NCBI GenBank assembly: GCA_900617105.1
Contig: UYFQ01000460.1
Span: 59,535-79,534, forward strand
Direction of reading: 5' to 3'
From: Hydrurus foetidus
Lineage: Eukaryota
DNA length: 20,000 nucleotides
The notes beneath the pieces are model-generated. The model was not told where the DNA came from and did not search any database. It saw nothing but the letters and a program-made list of their open reading frames with translations. How positions within the stretch are numbered: the stretch's first letter is position 1; the number at the start of each line of letters is the position of its first letter. Positions 1-9,776 of this stretch are shown here, one piece after another. Position numbers and translations under genes: made by a program.

Positions 1-713
1 AGATGCCGAAGGCAAAAGGAGTCAAAGACCAAAAATCGTATTTATTTACCGTTTTACGGCTAAACAAAATGTCGATTTCGGTTTTTCTATTTACCCTCAT
101 GGGTAAGCTGATGCTCTGGCATTCGCCATCGTAAGAATGAAATAAGATCTTCAAATCGCAAATTTTGTTATTTAAATAACATTGACCATCAAGGCCGCTA
201 CAAACAGTTATGGCTTGAAGAGCAGGATAACAGAGGTGAGTAGCATTTAATTTTTCTAACATCGTAAAAGAAATAAAATCCTCCGAGTAGTTTGCGGTGT
301 CAAGCATGGCTTTCCCCACGGCCCGCAGCTCGCTAGCTGGGTCTGTCCGTCCTTTATCCTGCACGATAACAGTTACGTTGAGGTGGTGAGAAGGAAGGAT
401 GGATGGGTCATGCAAAATTTCTTCACGAACAATTACATGTGGCTGTTCTTCAACATGAACATCCATCAGATTCTGGGTATCATTGTCGAAGGCAGCAGCC
501 ACGTCATCAAAACGAAGGTTCTTACCTTGATCCTGACCCGAATTGGAGGAAGGAGGAAGGTTGTTTCCCTGTGGGGGGTTGTATCTGTTACCCCTACCAC
601 CGGATCCACGACCCTGGTTTTGGTTCGCATTGGGGTTGTATCCTCCCCTCTGCTTACCTCTACCACCTCCTTGGTTGCCTTGGTAACCACCTCCCTGGTT
701 ACCGTGGTTCCCC
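1..713 (-). CDS. pol: Gag C-terminal G/N/Q/R-rich tail fused in frame to a retropepsin-like aspartic protease (partial, runs off window)
   Basis: Frame open from 713 to the window edge and not listed in the ORF track: GNHGNQGGGYQGNQGGGRG...LNVTVIVQ...AVGKAMLDTANYSEDFISF...TVCSGLDGQC...IDILFSRKTVNKYDF. The catalytic triad position D-T-A is at 301-293. Confidence 0.8.
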
Positions 714-1978
714 TAGTTTTGGTTATACCCCCTTGTCCCTGGTTGGAACGATCTGAACCACCAGAGGCATTGGGGTTGTTACCGCCACCGTGGCTGTTTT
801 TGGGGCGCTTGTTGTCGTTAGACATCAAGTAGGGTTTAGAACCCTTGGGGAGGTACTGAACGCGATCTTCGTATCCGGGGAGTACGAGATGTTGTTGCCA
901 TTCAGTAAACCCCACCGCAGCCCAAGCCATCCCTCCAATGTAGAATCCTCCCAATCAGCCTGATGGTCTGTATTGGAATCTGAATAATACAGAATGGGGC
1001 ACTCACCCAACATGTGCGTCTTAGACCGGCACGAGCGGCACGCTCGAAGGTTTGGTACGAACGGCACTTCCGTCGACGCACGGACGGCGAGTCCGCGCTG
1101 AGTCGGAATGTACGAGCCTGTTGTACGCACTGTCGTAGTGAGTGATCTAGACGTCACGGATGGAGTGGGAGAGGGTGCCTTAACACTAGCTCTGCCTGTC
1201 TCTTTCTTACCAACATCAGGTGGATTGGCTGATGAAGGGAACGAGTACACCACATCCGGGTTGCCGTAGCTCTTGATGAGGTTCATCATTGACCTAGCCT
1301 CAGCCAGAACCTGACCAATGCGTAGCATTGTCTTTAACCACGTCCACGTGTTAGGTGGTGAGGTGTCCGCTGCTTTCGCTCTCAGGTAGCCTTAGCTAGG
1401 CGCTTCTCCAAGATCTGAATGAGCTCAGCATGCTGAGTCTCAGTCAGAGGGCCCTTGGACCTCTCATAGTTGCTCACAAGTTCATTGTAACGAATGAATG
1501 TGGCATTCTCATGATTGTGGTCAGCGATCTGGTAGTGGAAGGTACTTTGGCTAAAACTCTCTGCCAAAGTACTCTCCCCCAAACCATTTGGGCAGAAGTA
1601 CTCTACTACCAAAGTGGCTACCTGAGTCACCGATAGAATGGTAAACCAATCGTGACGTAGCCGACGGTTGATGATGTTGAATTCAGGGTCGACTAAGATT
1701 TTGAAATTCAGTAGTTCGATACCCTGCTTCTGCATGCAATCCGTCAGCTTCATGTTGGGGTTTCTCTGAGCCTGTTCGTAGAACTCAATGGCATCAGCTT
1801 CATCGATGAAGTTGTGTCTGAGCACGAACACCTCACTCTGGAGTTGCATCGTCAGCGAGTTGTCTGCAAACAACGATTTGTTCAATGGTATAGACTCATT
1901 GAGTGCAGCCAACGCTGCCAGGCGAGCAATCTCTTCCTCATCAGGAGGTGGAGGAGTTGGAGGTGCGGCGGCGGACAT
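714..1978 (-). pseudogene. gag: Frame-disrupted gag of element A with CCHC zinc knuckle
   Basis: ORF pieces 1382-1978, 825-1328 and 466-954 join into one Gag by frameshifts near 1390 (LEKRLAK/YLRAKAAD), near 933 (DWEDST/GMAWAA) and near 730 (G run), plus an in-frame TAG at 714-716 within QN*GNHGNQGG. C-X2-C-X4-H-X4-C at 999-1040. Confidence 0.85.
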
Positions 1979-2536
1979 ATCGCTAATAGATATGTATCTC
2001 GCTTAAACACAGCAGAGATCAATCCCCCGCACTCAAAAAAGTTTTGCAAGGGGTTTGCCTTGTTTGCCAACGGGTACTGTAACGTCAGTAACAACGCGTT
2101 AGAAAATTCTAACCAAATCTCGAACTGAAAAGTCCAATGGCTTAAGAGCCAAATTTTGAGTGGTGAGAAAAATTGGTACCCGAAAAGGTATAAGACGCTG
2201 TTCTTCAGCGACCAAAAGACGTCTCTTGACTAATCTGATGTCTCCGGTGATGAATCTGAGATTCAAACAGCCGGCAGAACAGGTCTTTAATGTTTCTTGG
2301 GAAGGATAAATCAACTTCGACCGGAAACTTAAAGAGTGGAAGAGCCCAAGCTTGGGGATTCCAAGAAAGCAGGTACGCTGACTTTCTCTAACTCAAACTA
2401 CTGTTCTCTGAGCTAAAAGCTGCAAGACAAGTCGGCTTGAACAGCTGACGAGCAATAGCTCAGAGGCCTCATCTACAGGTAGGACAGGTAGATGGACTGA
2501 GAGGTAGAAGAAGAAAGAGTGGACGAATAGCGCTAT

Positions 2537-2751
2537 TGTAGTCCGAATAAAAGTAGATCGATAGAGTGATAGGCGTTAATTAGATTACAGGCTATGCTAG
2601 AAGCTAGGATAAACTTCTGAGAGTAGGCTGGAGCTAGCTAGCAGTATTGCAAGGATGTAAGTGTACGGTAGGCGGAAGGATTGGGTGGATCGTGACAAGG
2701 TCCGGTACGGCCCGTAGGCCCGGTATACCCGGTACGACCACACTTCTGACA
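2537..2751 (-). repeat. Putative 5' LTR of element A (~215 bp, TGT...ACA)
   Basis: Starts TGTCAG and ends CTACA. Shares ordered motifs with LTR B: GTAC-rich box, ACGATCC, CTGTAA[T/G]CTAA, ACAATA[G/C]CGCTATT. The 3' boundary is uncertain (alternative CA at 2291) because the second LTR is outside the window. Confidence 0.6.
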
Positions 2752-2916
2752 ATCCCACTCCCACTCACGTTCCTGCATAACTCTCCAATAGATAGTAATG
2801 AGATGATTGGTGAGCTGGTAGAACACAATTTTTGCAGTACCCGACAGTAAATTAAGACCACTCTTTATTCTACTCTGGCGTATTCGACGTTAAGTGCCCA
2901 AGAAAGGAAATATGAA

Positions 2917-4322
2917 TCACCGCATAACGTTTAATAGTTTGGAAGGCCTCTCAAGAGTTTTCCTATGATACGATACTGCTTTCTTTCCCAGTCTGAAGTC
3001 TTCACAGTTTCTACAGAGACAGGTATCATCTGCCCCTTTTCTGACATACCAGGGTTTTAAATCCGTGAAGTAAGTTAATGACAAATACGAAAATAAAAAT
3101 AAAGTACGAAAATAAAAATGAAAACTTGAAAAAAATGGAAATGCGAACAGGTGAAATGCGATACAATATTTACCTTTTCACAGGCAGTACGGCATTTTCA
3201 AAATTGTTCAATTCATTAGCATTACTTTGCATTGCAGTGTGAAGTCCCTGACTTTTTTCAAACACATGTTTTCCTAGTATACCTTTCTCATTGAACCCTA
3301 GTAACTCGGCAATTGATGCCTTAGATGATACTATTGTTTTTCTAATTTCCTCTGTAGGAATGACAAGTGGTAGAACGACCCACAAAATTTTTCTGATTGA
3401 TTCCGTAGAATTTAAACGATTTAATTTTGTTACCGACATTCGAAGCTGCTCAAATATTGCAAGCTCTACTGAACTACTCGACACTACAATCTTTTGTTCC
3501 GGTAGTAAAAGTTCTTCTTTCTCCAACCGATTTAGACCTTTCGTTAATTCCATATTTGCGTATCCGCTTTCATTCCTGAATACTGCACGACTCGAAATCG
3601 CCTCGAGATTCAATTCTTCCATTCTTGAAGCAAAGCGGTTGTTTGCCTTATTCCTCTGGCCTTTCTGCGCGGATACCCTCCTCTCACATGCCTCAAGATT
3701 CCGCTGTGCAAAGCAAATACCTTCTTCTAGCAACCTGACAGACTCATTGGTTTCTTCTAATTCAATGTGAAGATTTTTGTTTGCCGTATCTCTTGCACTT
3801 ACTCTTTCGTATAAGTCAAGAATGTGCTGTATCATAGATGGCTGAAATGACCTGTTGGAGATTAAAACTTTGAGTCGCTTCAATTCGCATACCTCCTCAG
3901 GAGCTGAGAAAGCCTGTGATTTTTCAACATCTGATAATACCCCTCTCTTTTCATTTGATGAGTTCATGCTCTCATAGACACGTTTTAATTCTTCGATACT
4001 GAAGTCACGCCAACGCGCGACGTCCACAACCAATCGCTTAATAATCCTCTTGATTTCCTATTCATGCTTAAACTATGCTTTCTCCAAGTTCCTTGTAGCT
4101 CAGATGCTTGATCAAGTGTAGAATCAATTTGCTAGAGCTACCATCTTTGGGAAAAATGACCATGATCGGGAATTCATCAAATCGCACGGCTCTCAATATC
4201 TCAGGAACTGATACATCAGACTCCTGTACATTACTAACGAAACTCCGTAGTGTCTTGTTGACATCAAAGGTGATTTGCGCAACTTCACCCCATAATAGGT
4301 CCCATAATTGACGCTTCATCAG
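2917..4322 (-). CDS. Uncharacterised coiled-coil protein, spliced; 5' structure unresolved
   Basis: 287-aa ORF (3170-4033) with heptad-like E/K/R/L stretches. A donor AAG|GTAAAT at 3173, a T-rich 133-nt intron and an acceptor at 3041 give an in-frame last exon 3040-2917 (RKGADDTCLCRNCEDFR...NVMR*). Upstream ORF 4068-4352 has a polypyrimidine acceptor at 4323 and may be another exon. Confidence 0.55.
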
Positions 4323-6175
4323 CTGGCGCAAAAAAAATAAGGCGATGAGCAATTCGTCCAGGCGAGAAATATTTTACAGTCTCGATTACTCTAAAGCGAT
4401 ACTAGAAATCGTCTGGACGCTTTGCTCAAGAGATGGAGGCAAGGATACACAGGGCGTTCAGTAGGATGGAAAGAGGAGATTCGTCGTCCCCAAAAAGCAG
4501 TCTGAACCAATCAGGACAAAGCGCAACTTGAAAAAAATGCTCGAAGACCCCGCTGATGTGAATCGGAGAAGATTGTATGGCGGTGTGGAGCAGTATCGAA
4601 TGGATATTGTGCTTTGTTCTTGGGAAATGCTTTGATGATGTGAATTCATCGAAATGGAAAGTACCGAGATGGAAGCTTTGGTGTGTTGTGCGCAGCGTTC
4701 TACCGTAGACTGTTGAAAAAAATAATGCCTGGAATTGACGAGAAACTTCTGGGTGGTAGTTCCACTCAAAATCCGTTTTGTACGTTTTCTATTTTCTCTG
4801 GGTACGGGGATCGATGATTGCTTCCACACTACTTCTGACCAGTATTCTTGTTAGGACAGCATTCGAGAACGATGGCTACAGTAAATGAACAGAACTCCAG
4901 TGATAAGGATGCCATCTACGAAAAATGTATGAGGCACTTTTGAGGAGTATTTTGCAACTGATCGGAAACAAGGAACTGGACTCTAGCACTGGATTGTCTT
5001 TATTAACACTTATGAAAATGCATGCATGATGTCAAAAGATAGCCGCTGTTCTCCTAACACTGATATAATCTTGCATATGATGAACAGCTTGCAAATGATG
5101 GTCACCTTGGCAGTTAGAGAATACATATTTCGGTCCCACGAAGTTTAATATTCATTTTCTGGTGGCTGCAAAGCTTGATCTGCTCCGTCGAATGCGAGAA
5201 GAGATTTGCAATAAGATTGATTACCGACTGAGATCGAATCTGATAACTTTCACTTTCTGGTACGCTTAGAATGGTGCAGAACTTGGACCACTCTGAGGCT
5301 ATTTCTAATTTTTTTCTGAAAACATAGGGTCGACGACGGTACTGATACTGTATGATATATGAGAAAGGAGGTATAATTACCCATTTCAACAGCTTTACTA
5401 TATCTTATAAAACATTGCCGCTGATGCCAATTTTTTCTTGTAACTAGGTACAAAAATATACTGACCACGTCATGTAAAAAATCGAAATGGGGTGAGATGG
5501 ATAGGTTAAATATTCGCCGGCCGCGCTTAACTTCCGTTATTTGTTATTTGGCACTTGCTCAGCTGATTAGGTCATACGTCATACACATTGCTATGAATTG
5601 TAAATTTTCTGGTGACTATTTGTCTTCGGCAAATTGTACAGATTTCTTTCATTTTCGGCACAGAATCCATTTATTTCCAGGTTACCTATTTCTCTGTACT
5701 TCCATTCAAGAAAAGATGCAAAGAAGCTATCACTTTCTACCAATGATTGAGGTTTGATTGGACTCGTCTTTTAATTTGCACGTATATACGCTTGTTCGAC
5801 ACACGGCTCTGAGTGCTGAGACAGCACGTACGTACTGAACTTCTTGCTGTCCACACGGTACACGTACATGCAGTACTGTACGACTGGTTGCGGAAAATAA
5901 AGGCGTCATCGGAAAGGAGGTTCAACCACACAACCCCTTGTTCAAAATTTTAGTTGGATATTGCAGTTTTGGAAAACGCAGAACCCGCCCGAACGAAGTG
6001 AGTTTCGAGTTTCTTGATCAGGAGTATGGAAAACAATTTCGATTGGAAGTGTAGCACTTTCGTGTGTCATGAAATCGAACTGAAGCCCACAAGAAGGTGG
6101 AAGCAAATTTGAAACGAGTACGCGTGCAGTAGTCCAGAAAGCCTACCATTTTCTTTCCTATTATTCCTATCGACC

Positions 6176-9105
6176 ATGGTCAAGCGCCTAGATGCCTCTT
6201 GTTTCGAGCTGTTCCACTCGTTGAACTGCACGGTTAGGCCACAAATTTTCTCGTCACTTTCTGGCAGCAGTAGTAAATTGAGTGACATACAATCTTGTTC
6301 CTCCATGGACTCTCCGAGCAAAAGTGTGAAGGATGACGTCGACTGTGTGGCGAACTTTGACACAGACAAAATGATGGCTCACATCCTGGACTGCCTCAGT
6401 GCATTAGTAAGAGTCGACGAGTTACAGGCTGATGCACCCGACAAAACTCAGATAGCTCAAGTGAAGAGAAGAGTTTTCCGAAAAGCCGTAGAACTTGTCA
6501 TGAAATCCTCAACGACAGAAGGAAGAAAGCCCGATCTTGAGAGAATTCTACAATCTTTCCCAGATGCAACGAAGCTCCAGGATGATCGCAAGTGGCTGTC
6601 TCTCCATTGGGCTGTGCTTGAGGATGCAGCTATGGAAGAGGACGACATCGAAGCGGTATATTCCGCAGATCCCATGGCGCTCTCAAGGCATCATCTGAAG
6701 AATCTGAATGATAACTTCTGTCAGGGATATACGCCATCTCATCTGATTTCTTTCCAGAAGAATCCTAGAATGTCGATCGTCCGCTTTCTAGATATTCACA
6801 GCCCAAGAGCATTTTTATTTTCATCGCGCGGGCTCACTGAAAAGAAATGCCGCTACCCTGTACAGCTAGCAGCAGCTCACACTGGCAGCCTAGATTTTTT
6901 GCAGTTTTTACTGCAAATACACGTAGGCGCACCTCGGTTAGGACTAGGCTATTATTCTACTCCATTGTGCGAGCTGATAAAGGTGATGTATCAATACTGA
7001 TCGCAAAGTGTAATTGATCTTGATGCGCAGAATTTTTGAATTACAGGCGCTCTTTTCCTTACACAAATAATAGAGGGAAAATTACAACTGCGCATTCTTT
7101 CCGGTCGTCCTTCAATGCCTGCTTGCAATCGACAGCTCCGCTGATGTAGTGGATGAGGCAATCAGGTGCTTGATACTAAAGCTAGGAGGCAAGCAAGAAA
7201 AGAGCGAGGTACTCCTGAATATATTTGGACAACTTCTAAAGGCGAATAGCGGGGCGGCTTCCATCGTAGACTCCCAGAGAAGAATACTGCTGCACTATGC
7301 GAGCAAGTACTTGAAGGACATTCCCTGTGCATGCACCATCATCGAGGCTCTGCTACTCGTGAATATTGAGGGAGCGAGCGTGATCGACGTGGATGAGTGC
7401 TACCCGATCACCACAGCAGGTATGAACATCATGTTGAATTATGAACATCTGGATGGCTCTGCCCGATTACTATGACGTATTCCTCTGAAAGAAATGAAGG
7501 CACCTCATGTCACCTCATTTCACTCCATGGCATTTGACAGCCCAGTACTCCACTGTTGAAGTTGTGAAGCTGCTTTTCGCAGCGCACCCAGACGCAGCGC
7601 TCGTAGACGATGAGCACCCCAGACGGAACCTACTGCACAACGGCATCTACAATACAGTGGACCCCAACATGATGCCCTACCTCTGCCACTCCTTCCCCAA
7701 GGCTTTGCAGGGATTCTCTCAAGACCGGTTGGTGCTTCTCATCGGTTTCACATCTATGACTTGCTTTGCATTCTATAATACACAGGCACCGACACAACCT
7801 TTTCTACGACTCTAACCTTCACCATTCCTTTTCGCCCCACGGTCCATTATTTCGTTTCTTTCTGCGCATACATTTAGGAAAATGCCTATTCATGAGCTGT
7901 GCTACCAGCAGGTGGAGAACAGGTATCGGTCCCTCATTACCATGTGCAAAATAGATTCCAGTATCGCTAGCAAGGGGTGTGGGGCCGGATCCAACAGATT
8001 AGGTACGGTGTCCTCCTAATTATTCTTGTCCAATCTGTTTCATCAGTCTCTTGAACGTAATTACTATTCCACTACTTGACTCTTATTTACCCCACTCCGC
8101 TCCACTTCAATCTACTCTTCTTCTTCGCTGTGTAGGCATTCCGTTGCACCTTCTTATCATAGGAGAGGCAAAGGCGGACTTAAAAAACACAACATCGGAT
8201 GCCGCGAATTGCTTCAGACACCTCCTGATGCTCTATCCAGGTAAGTACATTGAACGTCTGTGTGTGTGTGAAGGGGGGGGGGTCTGTCTGTCTGTCTGTT
8301 CGTGTCCAATGCACGTATTTATGGGCGCATCTGCTCCAATTACTCCACATCAGTTTCTCTATAACTCCTCCTCCCCTAATTTCTGTCATGCCATCATATC
8401 TATCCCGTCACTTGCCATCCTCTTGACAGCATCTAATTTAATGCTATCTGCTTCTTAAACTTCTTCCGGTCTGTAAGTCGCAAACCCAAATACTGTCCAG
8501 TCCAATTGATCTAGTGCTTAGAAATGTTAAAATGAACTAGAGGCGCAACTCACAGTCACAACATGAGATATCCGTTCTGATAAGTTTCTGCCTGCTGTTT
8601 TCTTGCAAACAGAATCAGCCAGCATTCGTGATGTGGACGGGAACACTTCATACACTTTGGCCGTAATACTGCATATGAAGCCGTACTTCATACGGTTGCT
8701 TCTCCGGGCGGACATCACGATTGACCCGGCTGTACTAAGGGGCCTCAACTACAGAGAGAGAAGAGGTGCGACACATGCTTGAAAGAGACACACTTGATCG
8801 AGCCAGACTTACTCAATAATTAGATTGATTTGCTTAATTAGTTGCATTTTATTGGGCTAGGTACATTGAGGCTCACGCCAATTGTCGCATCCATATTCTC
8901 CACCTTGCAATCGCATTACTTCGGTTCCTTCTCTGCGCACCATTATGCTCAGTCATTCATTCGCCACATTTCTCAATCCTCTACCTACGTAGGTGCGATG
9001 TTTCTCGCCTTCTCAGCGGTCACGTCCAACAAACGCCCTTCCCTCCTAGCTCTGATCAGGAAGGCCAACATGCACATTCTCGAGATCGTCTTCTCGTATC
9101 TCTGA
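6176..9105 (+). CDS. Ankyrin-repeat protein, 7 exons, 611 aa, C-terminal F-box-like helix
   Basis: Exons 6176-6982, 7074-7419, 7541-7727, 7878-8002, 8136-8240, 8613-8765, 8993-9105. All introns are GT-AG, phases are consistent, total 1836 nt. Degenerate ANK motifs: WLSLHWAV, GYTPSHL, RYPVQLAA, RILLHYA, YPITTAAQYSTVEVVKLL, RNLLH, KMPIH, GIPLHLL, DVDGNTSYTLA. Alternative start at ATG 6305. Confidence 0.9.
8259..8298 (+). repeat. Compound microsatellite (TG)6-G10-(TCTG)4 in intron 5 of the ankyrin gene
   Basis: Read directly from the sequence. Confidence 0.9.
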
Positions 9106-9724
9106 ACACCTTCGTGCTCTACTCAATTTCCGTGCTGCTTGACAATCCGCTGTCCGCTATAGGGTACACATGAAGAATGAAGAGTGACTGTCTCAGCATC
9201 ATGATTAGTGATGTTACTACTATCCAGACATTTCCTTACAGGAGGAGGAGAAAGCAGTGTGGTGCACTATTGGAGATTCTGACAGCTACTGCTCTAGTCC
9301 ATATTACGGTCAGTGAGCTGACAGCTACTGTACAGAACGTATGAGGGACAAGTCACGCGTTGCTGTTCTATTGCGCTGTCCTCCCCGTCACGTCACTTTG
9401 CCATCATCAGTCAATGCTTGGCCTTGGACCTACCTTCCGTCCCTTCCTAACTACCGTAACAAGTTTTGTGCGGATGAGACAATGTCACATCCCATCGTGT
9501 CAAGTGGCGAGCTAGACGGGACCAGACAGAGTCGCCTTGGGTTCACCTGTTCTTCTGAACCTGCTGGATGGGGTTGTGATGTGTTGAGGTGTCGCTGGGG
9601 AGGGGAGGAGAAACAGCATGGCACGGTATCTCAGTGGCTCAATTACAGGAGATCTATAAATACATATACATTGTGAAATTCCGTTGTACTTTCCAAGTAA
9701 CATCGTCGTCTCGCGTAGAGTATC

Positions 9725-9776
9725 GCACATACACACGTACATATACACGTACATAATCACACACTCACATATGCAC
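9725..9776. repeat. Degenerate CA/TA-rich simple repeat
   Basis: cacatacacacgtacatatacacgtacataatcacacactcacatatgcac, in the intergenic region between the convergent genes. Confidence 0.6.

Larger units (their letters stand above)
1..2751 (-). mobile_element. LTR retrotransposon A (5' part: LTR, leader, gag, protease), probably Ty3/Gypsy-like, degenerate, continues beyond the left edge
   Basis: On the minus strand: TG-starting LTR-like segment at 2751, ~560-nt leader, gag starting at 1978, CCHC knuckle CRSCRSKTHMLGEC (999-1040), G/N/Q/R-rich Gag tail, then an aspartic-protease-like AMLDTANYSEDFIS...IDILFSR. RT and integrase are not in the window, so the superfamily is inferred. Confidence 0.9.

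Noticed and set aside
383..832. Plus-strand ORFs 383-832 and 403-756, and similar antisense ORFs at 3291-3770, 14473-14745 and 19113-19617
   Set aside because: Shadow frames of real coding sequence on the opposite strand.
3086..3119. 15-bp direct repeat TACGAAAATAAAAAT
   Set aside because: Local AT-rich duplication inside an intron; not a CRISPR array or element terminus.
4075..4125. Resemblance to the U2 snRNA 5' end (GATCAAGTGTAGAATC vs GATCAAGTGTAGTATC)
   Set aside because: The branch-recognition GTAGTA is altered, indels are needed, no downstream stem II or Sm site is visible, and it lies antisense to a likely exon.
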